Assembly: GCA_038087875.1 (NCBI GenBank)
Contig: CM075988.1
Coordinates: 11,410,001-11,474,000 of the forward strand
Origin: Malacoraja senta
Taxonomy: Eukaryota
Direction of reading: 5' to 3'
Length of the DNA stretch: 64,000 nt
Position 1 is the stretch's first letter. The number at the start of each line of letters is the position of its first letter. Below the pieces are notes generated by a model that worked only from the letters and a program-made list of their open reading frames with translations, was not told where the DNA came from and ran no database searches. Position numbers and translations under genes: made by a program. Positions 50,151 through 63,547 of this stretch are shown in pieces.

Positions 50151-52090
50151 TTGCCTGATTCTTTGGCAGCTTCGCCATGCTCTGTCAAAGGTGTTTTGCC
50201 AAATTAAAAGCCCGTGTCCCTCAAAATATTGGATTTACCCCAACTTCTGTCCTGTATTTGCTGCTCTGTTTAATGGAAAAGTATTCCATTTTTGGTCAAC
50301 AAAACATAGTTTTCTTGAGAGTTCGATATGTTTTCGATGAGTGGAAAGCCTCCCTAATTGCTCCTTTGTGTGAGAGACAAAAAAGAGACAATTTGCACAG
50401 AAGTGGAAGTGGTCATATTCCCTTTGGAGATATTCCAGGCGATTCGTCCCTGACAATGGTGAAAAATGGCATACTGAAGCAGATAAAGTAATTGCTTAGA
50501 GACTGAGTGACGTTTATTGTTTTTGAGGTCGTTTGGAGGAGCAGCAGACAGCACTGTGGTGAATATGAAGTTGCAATAAAGACTTTGTAAATCCCTCTCA
50601 CTCTCTGTCCCTCAGTAGGATAGAACATATTAAGAAGATTTGTTGAGTACTGTAAATGTACTGCTATTGGTAACAGCTACTGTATAAAGTATAGCTTGAA
50701 GCTTCAATGCATGTCCCCTGAGGAGAACTATTATGGGCAAACTTCCCTGCAATGGTTAGGCTGAGTTGAACCTTAGAGATTTCATTCAGTTTGTTTTTTT
50801 CACCCATTGTACCTTTATTTTCTCAAATGTATTTCTTGGGTCTGATTGTGTAACTTCAAGACCATATTTATTCACTTTTTAGAGATTTAATAACATGAAG
50901 CTTAGCTAAATAAATTTTCGTAACATCACTGCTGATTTTTATTTATCAGTAAATGGTGATTAGTTAATTATTTTCCTCAAACAAACAATGTAGCTAAAGC
51001 AAAGCATGTATCTTGCTATTACATGGCGATGTATGCTGACAAATTATGTATTTAATGTACAATATGGGACAAAGATGAAGGGGAAGGCATGTAACCTGCA
51101 GTACCTCATGCCTGTGTAAGCTCAGTAAACTGTGCGTTTACAATGCCACATACAACTTCTGCGTTGAAATCTTTGTCATAAGGAACAAAACAGATCTGTC
51201 ACTCTTTGGATCCTTTTCCACAGCACCTTGAATGTAAGCTGTTGTTCACATAATAGGTTTTCTGCTGTAACTAATAGTTCAACATGTCATTGAACACTAG
51301 TGCTTTGAACCAATATGTCCTGAAGTATAGCCTAGAATGTTTGAATTTCCGACAAACATTTACACTACCTTTCATTGAATATATCTCCTATTTTGAATCT
51401 GTTTAAGTAAAAAAAAAAAAAAATTGTTGAACAATATGGTCGCCTCATGATAATTGAGATATAGAAAGATTTTGCTTCATTCCAATAGAAGAGCCAACCA
51501 AATGGGTCAGAATTTGCACACAAAAAAAAACATCTTTCCCCTTGCAATGTATCTCTTGAACAAACTGAGCCAATCTGTCCACGGATTAAATATTGTTGGT
51601 CATTTCATGGATAAATAAGCCTTTGCAGCACAGTGTCAGATTGGACCGTCCACTCTGTTAACCTTAACCTCATGACACTTCTCATCTCTGCCCACTCCCT
51701 GATCTAGTGATCAACCCAACAATCTCCCCCAAGAACTCAATCTTCAACTCCCAACCCAAATCCGAACCCTAATCATCAACATTCTTCCAAACCCAATGTT
51801 TTTTCCACCCCTCATCCTAATCAGCGCCTACACCTACACCTCCCCAATGAAAGGTCCCTCCCCAATTTATGGGTCACCAATTCCTTCTCAGGTCTTCCTC
51901 TCTCACCTTACAAATGGTTTTGAATCCACTCCTCCCTATTCACCCAGACCAAAGGTAGTCATCATTTTAACATGGACTAGGCCCCAACTGAGCTAACTTT
52001 TAATAGCAGCATGTGGTTCCTTCCCCACTAATCAACTTATATCACCCTCATTGTTTTGGGACTTGACCTCTTACACAGTCCACACAGATT

Positions 52091-53140
52091 TCAAATCAAA
52101 TCAAATCAAAAACTTTATTTGCCATTTGTGCTTACACACATAGGAATTCTTGTGCGGTTGTTCAGAGAGTCAAGTCAAGTCAAGTTAAAAAGACACATAG
52201 AAAGACACATAATCTATAAAAACATATACTTCTCTAGAAATAAAAAAGAAAGTGCCTAGAACCCTATATGTTATGAGGTGGATCAGGACATCAGTTCATT
52301 TTTTTTGGCCAAGAGTCTCACTGTGGCAGGGAAGAAGCTCTTGAAAAAGCGTGTTCTGTTTGTGGCGATGCTGTCCGCTCGTCTGTGCCTGAGGTTGTAT
52401 GTGTAGTTTTTGTGTTTGAGCAGGGAGTGAGCTGGATGTAGTGTGTCTCTGATGATTCTCTCTGCTCTTTTTTGACAGCGCTGTGTGTAGATTGTTTCCA
52501 TGGAGGGAAGTTCCGTTCTGATAATCCTCTCTGCAGTCTTTATGACTCTTTGCAGAGCCTTCCTCTCTGTCTGTGTGGTGTTTCCATACCACACCGTGAT
52601 GCCTGTGGCGAGGATGCTATCTATCAGTCCTTTGTAGACCTGGGTGAGAGGGCAACAGTGCAGACCAGCTTTCCTGAGTAGCCTGATGAAGTACAGTCTC
52701 TGCTGGGCTTTTTTCACTGTTGCAACAGTGTTCAAAGTCCAGTTCGGATCTGATGTTACTTGTAATCCCAGGTATCTGTAACTGTCAGACCTCTCCACCA
52801 CAGTCCCCTTGATGATGAGGGGCTGCAGGGGGGGTGGATTTTTTCTGGTCCATTATTATTTCTCTTGTCTTGTCTGTGTTGAGGCTTAGGTCGTTCACCT
52901 CACCATAGGCAAGAATGTCATTCACCAGATTCCTGTAGCCCGACTCGTCCCCCCCCTTGATGAGGCCCAGGATGGTGGTATCATCCGCATACTTAATAAT
53001 GATGGTATTTTCCTGGGTGAAAAGTTTGGGACTGAGACAGCAGCCTTGTGGTGATCCTGTGCTGACGGTGAGCTCTGCAGACACCCTCCTTCCCATCCTC
53101 ACCACCTGTGGTCTTTCAGTCAGGAAATCCAAGATCCAGT
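52091..53140 (-). mobile_element. Rex1/Babar-like LINE, 5'-truncated, frameshifted
   Basis: Motifs WILDFLTERPQVV, TGSPQGCCLSP, KYADDTTILGLI, YRYLG...KKAQQRLYFIRLLRK and RFFKSFFP; (TTTGA)n tail. Confidence 0.92.
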
Positions 53141-54357
53141 CTGGATTTGCAAAGGGTTTGCAAAGGGTTTCAAAATAAAGGAAGAAGATAGGCACTCCAG
53201 TGTAACCCTGCACAGAGGGTGCACTAGAATATCTGTATTTTTCCTTCATCCTGAACCCACCGATCAATGTAAAAGGACCAGTTCTGAAACAAAGAGGATG
53301 GTATAAAAACAGAAAATGCAGCTGATATTTAGTTTGCCACCCAGTGTCCAGGTAGATTTCATGTTTCAGGTTGATGATCAATCATCAGCCCTTTCATCAA
53401 TTCTAATGAAAGATCATTAACTTGAAAAGATCATTGTCTTTCCCACTCCACAAATGCTGCCAGATCGTTTGAGTATTGTCACCTGTTTTTATCTGTTTTC
53501 ATTTTACATTTACGGTATGTTCAATATTTGATATTGGCCCATGATCTTTGTGATGTCATCTGCATGCAGAACTAGGAACCTGTGTGTTTGACCTTAATGT
53601 GTGCACAGATCGTAACAAATACGAACGGCTGAGCCCAAAATTCAATGGTGAGATAATCAGGAAATGTTTATGTTTTGAGCTGTTGCCATCCAGCCTTTTG
53701 TAATCATCCTGGTTAGGAAATAAATTAATGGTGATGGAAGGTTTGTTCTCTGTCCTCTGATCCTTCCATTTCTCTCTGACTCATAACCATGGTCAAGTTA
53801 AGATTCTTAACATTAAAAACAATTTGGGCTTGAAGAGTACAAGATGGTGCCTAATATATGGCGACTCTTGTGCGTGGATCTTGTGTGGTCACAATCTTAC
53901 ACTCATATGCTTAGCGTGATTGCATCTAATGCATAGTAGGATTGTCAGTGAACTGTACAAAAAATAATTTCACTGCACTTAGGTAGACGTGACAACAAAT
54001 TACCATTGAGCTCAGTCTGGCTGTCAGTTCCCCTTTCCTGCTTCTGTTCCATGAAACTTATTCATTCATTCATTTATTCATTCATTCATTCATTCATGAT
54101 TCAGGGCAGTGTTTCTATGTTTATTGTCTTCTCTTTATAATTAAATTTTACCAGACTTTTAGCTCCACTTTTACCATTAACTTAGTAGTGTTAAAGTTAA
54201 TAAAATCTGGGTCGATGAGGTGGTGGAAGTCTCCTATGGACTGTCACTCTGTGTCTGTGGAAGGAAGTGCCTGACAGCTGGGTAACTGAACAAAATCTGA
54301 TATCACCCTTGAAACCCAGCACAAAACAAGCACACAGAAGGTGATTAACTCTATGGA

Positions 54358-54663
54358 AGGTACACAAAAATGCTGGAGAAACTCAGCGGGTGCAGCAGCA
54401 TCTATGGAGCGAAGGAAATGGGTAACGTTTCGGGCCGAAACCCTTCTTCGGTACCGACTGGCTATCTACCGGCATACCTCGGTACCGACTGGCTATCTAC
54501 CGGCATACCCAAACTCGATACCACAGCCACATCTGCTTCCTCGGGGCATGCCTGCGCCTCCATCTCATACCTCATGGCTTCCAGCTCTAGTTCCCTACTT
54601 CCCAGTTCGGACCTCAGCAGGACTATCGGTACCGACTGGCTATCTACCGGCATACCCAAACTC
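54358..54663. mobile_element. Penelope insertion: inverted pLTR arm plus permuted internal fragment, 15-bp TSD
   Basis: TSD gattaactctatgga at 54343-54357 and 54664-54678. pLTR arm 54358-54447; repeat starts at 54448, 54479 and 54626. Confidence 0.88.
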
Positions 54664-55115
54664 GATTAACTCTATGGATGCTGGATGAGTCATTACTGTG
54701 CATAGGCATTGCAAAGTGGCCTATTTTTTTTGTAGTTTTGTTAAACTTTCCTTGATTCTCCTGGAGACTTTCACATTTTATTCAATTAAAAATATCATTT
54801 ACTATTTAAGAAACCTCATAACATGAAATACCCAGCCTTGGGTGGTGTTAAACATTGTCAAAGCCAGTGAAGAATTGAAACATCCACCACATCCCCAATG
54901 ATCCTTTTGAAGATCATGTCATAAGTGATAGGAGTAGAATTAGGCCATTCGGCCCACCCATCGTGGCTGATCTCTCTCTCCCTCCGAACCCCATTCTCAT
55001 GCCTTCTCCCCATAACCTCTGACAGATGGAAGGGTTTTGGATGATGAGAGAATGAATTATAAAGTTCCTCATTTCTCTACTACCTTTGATTCGTGAATGG
55101 CAGGTTCCTGAACAT

Positions 55116-55530
55116 TTTCAATTCAATTCAATTCAATTCAATTCAACTTTAATGTCATTGCACAAACACTGAGTATGGGTACAACGAAATGCAGTTTTGC
55201 GTCAGTCCGTAGTAGTAGTGCAATATAGAAATTTTAAAAAAAAGAGGATACAGAATAATAAAAAATACAGAATAATTAACAATGGGGACGGAGGGACCGG
55301 AGGAATCTATCGGTGGGACTCCGAGTTCAGCAATGCGACGGTATAATTGTAGAAGCTGTTCCTCATCCTACTGGTACGAGACCTGAGGCTCCTGTACCGC
55401 CTCCCTGATGGGAAGAGGGCAAACAGTCCATGGTTGGGGTGGGATCTTCTCAGCCCGTTTCAGACACTGTTTTCGGTGGAGGGCATCCATGGCAGGGAGC
55501 GGGGCACCGATGATGTGCTGCGCGGTTTGA
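55116..55530 (-). mobile_element. Rex1/Babar-like LINE 3' fragment (second subfamily)
   Basis: Minus strand translates TAQHIIGAPLPAMDALHRKQCLKRAEKI/HPNHGLFALFPSGRRYRSLRSRTSRMRNSFY; (TTGAA)n tail. Confidence 0.85.
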
Positions 55531-56959
55531 ATACTTTATAACATGAAATATGTTTACAAATAAAATTATAACTTATCAATGAATAAATAACAATCTACAC
55601 AAAGTTAATGCCTAAACATTAAAATCAGAATAATAATCCTACAGTCTTGATTAATAATATTCCAATAATATTTCATAGTGGTTGCGAATGGGAGATTCTG
55701 GAAGCAGTTGGAGGAAATATCAAGGGTGATAAAGTACAGAAAATACTATGAGCTAGCTAACTCCTGAAGGTCATATCTTCCAGATGGACCTGCAGCAGGT
55801 GGCTGGAAAAGCATGAGAGAAAATAAATTAGATCTCATTTTCACCAATCTATCTATAGCAAAAGCATCGATCTGTGCATTCATGGCAGGTATGACCACAG
55901 TGTAATTCTCCTGGAGACTTTCACAGTTAGGAAAGCCTCTTTAATGCTGTGTGATTTTGGTAGCTGAAAGAGATACACAAGGAAAGCCAGAAATAAAAAA
56001 GGATAAATCAAATCCTTCAATTACAGGTCAACCAGTTTATTCTGAATCATCCATTAAATGATGAACAGTGCATCCAAGTGACACTCACCAATAACTTACT
56101 AACTTTTGTTCAGTTTGGTTGTGGCCATTATCATTGGGATCCAGGTCTGGTTACACCATTGGGCCAACTGTGAACAAAAAATATCTGAGTTCCAAAGATG
56201 AGAACCCTAGACTTCCTCCTATCTCACACTCCCATCCAAATCATCAGTGCCCAACATCCATGGCCTTTTGCTTGATGTGCCTGTTTTTTTCTTCATTGCC
56301 ACTGACCAGTTTAGAACCAGCGATAGACACAACAGCTGGAGTAACAGTCTGAAGAATGTCTCGACCCGAAACATCACCTATTCCTTTTCTCCAGAAATGC
56401 TGATTGACCCGCTGAGTTGCACCAGTTGTTTTGTGTTTATCTCCAGTTTTAATCATATCTCTTTGATACTACATTCACTGAAATATGATCTATCCCTGTG
56501 ATTTGAGTGAATGGTTAGATGGATTATAATGTGAATAAATGTGAGGTTATTCTCTTTGGTGTCATAAAAAGAAATGCAGATTGTTATCTAATAGGTTATA
56601 CAATAAAAAATGGAAAGGTGCAATCACACCTGAATGTCCTTGTGCAGAGTTCAATTAAACTATTAGGCTTGGGTGTTTGGTTGTGGATGACCTGGTTCCT
56701 GACTTCCCTGTATTGATCATTTGTCTGGATGTTTTCATGTCTATTGAAGAATTTGAAACATTAAGAACAAGGCAGCCAACCAAATTGACAGCCCATCTAA
56801 CAGTGTAAGCATTCTCTTTCACGAACACTGGCACCATTGTTACCTGGCAGACCCACAACCTCTACCACCTTGGACAGCAGATACATAGGACTATCATCAC
56901 ATGCATTTTTATTCTCCCTCACTTCATAATTAACAAACCATCATCACTAGTTGAAAAGT

Positions 56960-57100
56960 AATTAGTGTGGGTGTCAGGGGTTATGGGGAGAAGTCAGGAG
57001 AATTGGGTTGAGAGGGAAAGATAGATCAGCCATGATTGAATGGTGTAGACTTGAGGGGCCGCATAGCCTAATTCTGCTCCTATAACGTATGAACATATGA
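56960..57100 (+). mobile_element. CR1 3' UTR fragment
   Basis: gtcaggggttatggggagaag...gcctaattctgctcctata. Confidence 0.75.
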
Positions 57101-57669
57101 ACTCCCAAATAACAGTGAGTAATTGAGCAATGATAGAAGGCAACTCTGCACTATTTTCTCAATGACTATAACCATGGACAATAGTGCTGGTGATGTTCAC
57201 ATTGCATGCATGAATAAATATTTGGTAAATGGAGCCCGTTGAAGACGCAGTCTCGCTTTGCAGCTTCCAGGAATTGCTTTCTAAGCTCCCATCTATTCAA
57301 TTGTATCAGCAAAGTCATTAATGACCTGCTCTCCGCTAACCCTCCCATCCACCAGCCCTTCAACATCCTTCATTGAAATCCAAATGTCTTCAATCAAATT
57401 GTCATAAATTATTCATTGAGGCATCATAGGACGATCACTGTTTCTCATATAATATTCATTCCACTGCAAAATGAGGATGTAGAAAGGTTGTGAGTTTTTG
57501 CCTTGGGCCTTATGAATATCAAATAGTTCTGTCCTCTAAATCCTTGTAAAATTTGGAACAACAGTTGCGTAGAGGATTTGTTGCATAATCTAGTCAAAGA
57601 CTTGTGTTCCAAGGGATTCGAAGTGTTCCTGTGCTGAATCCATCTCAGTCAAAATAACTAAACATTATG

Positions 57670-57830
57670 TGTATGACGGAACAGCAGATGCTGGTTTAAA
57701 CCAAAGATAGACACAAGATGCCGGAGTAACTCAGCGGGACAGGCAGCATCTCAACCCAAAACGTTACCCATTCCTTCTCTCCAGAGATGTTGCTTGTATG
57801 AGTTACTCCTGCATTTTGGTTCTATCTTTA
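57670..57830. mobile_element. Inverted Penelope pLTR pair with central deletion
   Basis: ggagtaactcagcgggacaggcagcatc / gagttactcctgcatttt. Confidence 0.7.
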
Positions 57831-58744
57831 ATGAAACACCTTTCCTGTTTAAGAGGGGTGGAGTAGGTTAAGGAGAAATTCCGGGAGATTGGTCATTATT
57901 AAAATGTCAAACGTTGGCCTGGGAATTTGAATTTTCTTCTTGTTTTTCACCCTTTGTCCCGGACATTGCACAGCATACGTTGGAGAGGGAATCAGTGTTC
58001 TATTGTGCTGTTTTGCATGTAGTTCCTGTATCTCAGGTTCAAAGCACCAATTATACCATCAGGGTGACAAGTTTATTTTCACAATCAACTGCAAATATCA
58101 CCTCTTTGTTTTGTGAGTAACACATTGTCAAATTAATGGCAGAGGAAAGTATTTATTTTCTCTATGATCCGCATAGTCATTGAATACAACTCTCTTCAAC
58201 AAAGCCAGCTTCAATTAAGCATATCATTACAGTAAATAAACCATAGGTGTACAACATAAGAAAACAGAATTGGAAGCAAATAAAGAGCTTTATATAGATA
58301 ACATAACTTGGACCAAAGTACCATGATGCTTCCTTCACCCTTATGTAAATCTGTTTTTGGCACCTGAATATTGCTTATATCTAGAGACAGTCTCTGAGAA
58401 CTTCACACTTTTAAGTGAATGACTTTTCAATGGTGCAATGATCAATGTGATTTTTTAACCTCTTCTTTCTAATTTATCTCATTTTCTCTACACATATATC
58501 TCCACCCTCATTTCTTGTGAGCTCTTACCTTTATTCCATTTCTTGATTTAATCTGTTCTTTCTGAGACTGAATTTATTCATCTTCAGCAGCCTTCTTCTC
58601 TCCTACCTCTTTCACTGATGCCCCGACCTTTGTGAATAGATGATCTCATATGGTGCTGTAAATTAAATTGAAAATGGAATCAGTTGAAAAAATGCCAGCA
58701 GAATTAGAGCAATGCCTCAGAAAAAATCCCAACAAAATGTGTTG

Positions 58745-59040
58745 CAGCTGGTGGAGCTACAGCTGCTTAGCGGCCGAGACACAGGTTCGATCCTGATCTT
58801 GGGTGCTGTCTGTGTGGAGTTTGCACGTCCTTCCTGTGAATGTATTGATTTCCTCTGGGTGCTCTTGTTTCCACCCACATCCCAAAGACGTTTGGGTCTG
58901 TAGGTTAATTGACCTCTGTAAATTGCCCTTCATGTGTAGCGGGTGTATGCGACAGTAGGGTAACATAGAAGTATTATGCTGTTCTACACAAATGGTCAGT
59001 GTGGACTTGGTGGGCTGGATGGCCTGATTTGTCACAACAT
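58745..59040 (+). mobile_element. HE1/V-SINE-like copy
   Basis: B box ggttcgatcc and V-domain tgtgtggagtttgcacgtcc. Confidence 0.8.
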
Positions 59041-60249
59041 CTTTCTGGAAAAAAAATCAAAAATGCTGCAGAATATGTATTGTATTTTTATCCCATCATT
59101 CCTCCTGCCCTCCTGTTCTTGTCAAGCCTAGTGTTACCTCTTTATCTTTAGCCATGCTTTACTAGTCACAACAGCTCATCACTATCCCCATAGTTACAAC
59201 TCTCAATGGTCATAATGTAATATTAATCCAGTTGCATTCATTATTAACAGTAGCAAGAGAGTTCAAATGCCACATAGGGAAATGTGCTTTAAGAAAGGAC
59301 TAATTTACCATTTGAACTTAAAACATCTATCACCAATAATTTAAGTTAAACTATAATTTTATTTCAATCCTATGTTATATAACATATTAATTTGGTATTG
59401 TTGGAAGATGTGTCTTGATTTGTTTATTTTAATTTTTTGTGTGATTAATATCAAATCATAACCAGAGAACCACAAATAAGGTGAGCAGAGCTAAAGCTCG
59501 ATTTATAAACCTGGTTAATATAAATCCAGTTAACACATACGATGTTTTTCAACATTCATTTTTATTCATCAGATCTTATACCACCTCATGGTTCAGCTTT
59601 TTTTTTTGCCTCAAAATACCTCATACGCCTCTTCTCCAAAATGTCTTCATTCAAGGAGAAGTTTTTTTGATGGAAATATTTAATAAGGAGATTGAAAATT
59701 ATGAGAATTTTCTGACAGAAAATTTGGCGAGAGATTATTCGCACTGACGCTGGAAAAGGAGAACAATAATAATTGTGGGCAAGGCAAGCAAAGGAGATCT
59801 TTATCATATATAAAGCCAGCATATGGCTGTGATGTAGAATAAGCTGCCTTGTTTGAAATAATATTTCAGAGTTCTCCCTCTGCCTTTCTATCATATTTGA
59901 TGTCTTTATGTCACACCTTAAATCTTACCTCTCTAACTAGCCTTTTTTCTCTTCTCTCTTTCTATGTCAAATTATGTTTGTAAATGTTCTGGTAAACATC
60001 ATATTGGGGGATTTAATGGGAGAAAGCTAAATATCAGGATTGCAATGAAGATCTTCTATTAATTTACAAACAGTTCTGTGGAGCACATTCCCTGCTTTCA
60101 TCCAGTTTAGCATTTGCTTGTGAGTTTCATGCGATATTTGTGCCAACATCATAGACATGCCAAAACTGCACAGATATAAACATGTTCTTCTTCATTCTGT
60201 GCTTCCCTGTGTTGACTCTAAGACCATATTCAACAATGACGATCACTTC

Positions 60250-60457
60250 AGATAGCCCTTGCTTTTTCTCTCTCTATCCCCTTCCCCATCCCAGTTCTCC
60301 CACTAGTCTTATTGTCTCCGCCTACATTCTATCATTGTCCTGCCCCTCCCCTGACATCAGTCTGAAGAAGGGTCTCGACTCTAAACGTCACCCATTGCTT
60401 CTCTCCAGATATGCTGCCTCACCCGCTGAGTTACTCCGACATTTTGTGTCTACCTTC
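60250..60457 (+). mobile_element. Penelope 3' UTR/pLTR
   Basis: cagtctgaagaagggtctcgactctaaacgtcacccatt...gtgtctacct. Confidence 0.75.
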
Positions 60458-61034
60458 AACAATAACAATCATTTTATAACCTCCAAACTGTGGAATCTTT
60501 TTAATTCTGCAGTATATGTCCCTTTCTTGAAACAGAACTTTAATAAAAGTAAAATGTTGAAAATACTCAGTAGGTCTGACAATTCTGTGGAGAGACAATT
60601 AATATTACTAGTTGGGAGTTAGATAACCTTCCATATGAATATTTCACTCTCAATGCAAATTGTTGATTGGTATTGTCTGCTTTTCTCATTGGCAATTCTG
60701 AAATATATCTGTCTAAGTTTCTGTATGTGTAGAAGTTCCAGGCCTTTGACCAGATTTGGAAGGATTACTCTGTTTGTCAGTTCACGCTGTGCTGTATTCT
60801 TCGATCAGTGCAGTTTTGCACCTCTCAGATGTTGCCTGGCAAGTTAGACCTGGCACCAGATCTGTGATCCAATTCACTTCAATGAGCATGAAAGGGTTGT
60901 CAAAGTGCCTTTTAATATTTTTTTTGATTATTTTGCTTGGCATTACTTTTTTTTAATGATTTCACTTTAATTTCATGAATCTTTTTAAATGTAGCTTGCT
61001 TTGAGATAACTATTTCAGTTATCTTATTTTTACC

Positions 61035-61578
61035 AAGAGGGTAGAGTGGTGGGTGTATGGAACGACCTGCCGGAGAAGGTAGTTGAGGCAGGGACTATCG
61101 CAACGTTTAAGAAAAATTTAGACAGATATATGGATAGGACAGGTTTAAAGGGATATGGGCCAAATGTGGGCAGGTTTAATTTAGAGATACGGTGTGGAAA
61201 TAAGCCCTTCAGCCCAACCGAGACTGCACCGACCAGCGATCCCTACACATTAACACTATTGCACACACACGAATGACAACTTACACTTATACCGAGCCAA
61301 TTAACCTACACACCTACACGTCTTTGGAATGTTGGAGGAAACCAAAGATCTCGGAGAAAACCCATGCAGGTCACAAGGAGGATGTATAAACTCCATAAAA
61401 CAGCACCCATATTTGTGATCGAACCCAGATCTCTGGGCCTGCAAGCGCTGTAAGGCAACAACTCCACCGCTGCGCCACCATGCTGTCCTAGGTGGGACTA
61501 GTGTACATGGGACATGTTTGCCGGTGTAGGCAAGCTGAACTGAAGGGCCTGTTTCCACGCTGTAAGACTCTATGACTA
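61035..61578 (+). mobile_element. CR1 3' end with nested antisense HE1-like SINE (61176-61489)
   Basis: VGVWNDLPEKVVEAGTIATFKKNLDRYM. The CR1 UTR is interrupted at gggcaggt and resumes at aggtgggact. Confidence 0.85.
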
Positions 61579-63547
61579 AATATTTCCTTCAAATTTTATT
61601 TTTTTCAGGTTAGTGTACCAAATTTAAACAGCTTTAACAGGTGCCTGCTCTTTTGTGGCATTTTAGGACAACTTTCTCAGTAGACTGCCAGGGATCATGT
61701 CACAATCCAGACCATATTTCTGAAATCTGAACGCTTTGAGCTAGAAAATTGAGGTTTGATCTGCAGAACAGGCAGGTGCTGTGAAGGGTGGTCTCTAAAT
61801 TAGAGGGTGAGTCTAGCATTACCTGAGCCCATCAAAATATTGATCCATCAGACTTGTCTTTGCTATTTCTCAGAGAGATCTAAGTGAGAGCAAATATTCT
61901 CTGAAATAAATCATCCTTGTACTGCCTCAACACTATTTTTGTCTCCGATACAGAAGCAAAACATTCCCACCTCCACAACTTTGCTTCTATCATATTTCCT
62001 TTTTTACTACAGCTCTCCATTAGCGGAGTGAGGCTCACAAATTACAGTACAGTCGCATTCTACAGTTAAAAACACATCAGAAATCTGGTAAAAGGAGCAG
62101 AAGAAACACAAGAATAGAATAGAAAATAAAACAGAGGTGTTAGACATAGGGCACAGTGAGCAGTAATTAACTTTTCATTCAACTTATGCAGCCCAAATAA
62201 CCCTGGAAGTGTGTTGACATTTGTTTACATTGTATTTAAAGAGCTGCATCAATAATTGTAGCCTCGAGATGTTTGGAACGAAAAGGCTGGCTTGGAGTGC
62301 AGAGCTACCAAATCATTACTGTGTCACTGGAGGTCTTTAATGATGTCAAAGATAACCACTAAAAGGATAGCTACTCGCCAGAGATTGAGGAAGTTTGAAT
62401 CATTTAGATTTTTGTCCGAACGTTTCGCATTAAGTACATATGGACATTGTAAATGAATGGTATTGGGTATGCTCATGGTCAAAACATCTCAGACATGTTT
62501 GGAGTAATTTTCAGTTTTCCTGTGAATTGAGTGAAAATCATGTCAGTTCCGCAGCAGGTTATTGTACACTCTGTTGAATTGATGACCAATAAAGGGCTGG
62601 TTAAAATCCATCCCTCTGTATTCTGCGACTTCATGAATATGTAGGAACTTGATCTGAAATATGTTTGAAGCTGACATTATGAGTAAACAACAAAAGATTG
62701 AAGTATGTTCAAACTATGTTAGGTTGTTTGCAAAGAAAGGCTATGTGCTCACTATCTGAACAACTGCCAGAGCTTCAGGGCAAGCAGGAGACTATAATTA
62801 GAGCCAGGAGCAATAATTGCTGGCATGTTACAGGAGCATCTACAGTACATGAAATACAAACTATTACAGATCACCGCTTGTTAGGTCCGGGGATTAAAAT
62901 TGATCTAAAATGCAATTTTCTCTCTGATTGCACAGGCTTAAAAAATAGTTAATAGTATTAAATTTAATCTCACATGAGATTAGATATATGCATGTAACTG
63001 TGTGTGTGTGTGTGCATGCTTATGCATCCATCATACATGTGTGCATTTATTTTGGTACATGGAAATATTTATCTTTCCCTCGATTACAACGTTTTGCTGG
63101 TTCTGTTCTAGCTTCTTTACTTCTCAAGGAAGCTGCAATCAATTTGTTGTTTTACTCAATCTTATTGTGTTATTTTACTAGTGTATGTGCATTCTATTCC
63201 TCTTCCAAAATTCAATTTCAGATTGGAACAAACAACAACTACTATATAGTGCCTGATACAGGAAGCATTTCTCGTATTGGGCTGTTGGTGGGTACAGATT
63301 TGTGGACAACTTCATGTTTCCAACTACATGGGGCATGGACCTCGTGGGCTGAAGGGCCTGTTTCAATGCAGTATAGCTATGACTGGCAATACAAACAGCA
63401 GTCTGACTCAACTGGTAACATACTCCCCTCTGAATCAGAATACTTTAGTTTCAAATTCGGGCACAGAGTTTTAATGCATAAATTGGGACAACAGTTTGGT
63501 GCAGTTCTAATGGGATACTTCTTATGATATATTTAGTGGCGACTCAA

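Noticed and set aside
52283..53381. Overlapping 172-aa and 198-aa ORFs as a functional RT gene
   Set aside because: Truncated, frameshifted Rex1-like fragment; the N-terminal part of the 198-aa ORF is flanking DNA.
54448..54663. Three 31-bp repeats as a CRISPR-like array
   Set aside because: Spacing is irregular (31 and 147) and the repeats lie inside a TSD-bounded Penelope insertion.
62988..63527. 179-aa ORF
   Set aside because: Spans a TG microsatellite and degenerate CR1/SINE remnants; no recognisable domain.
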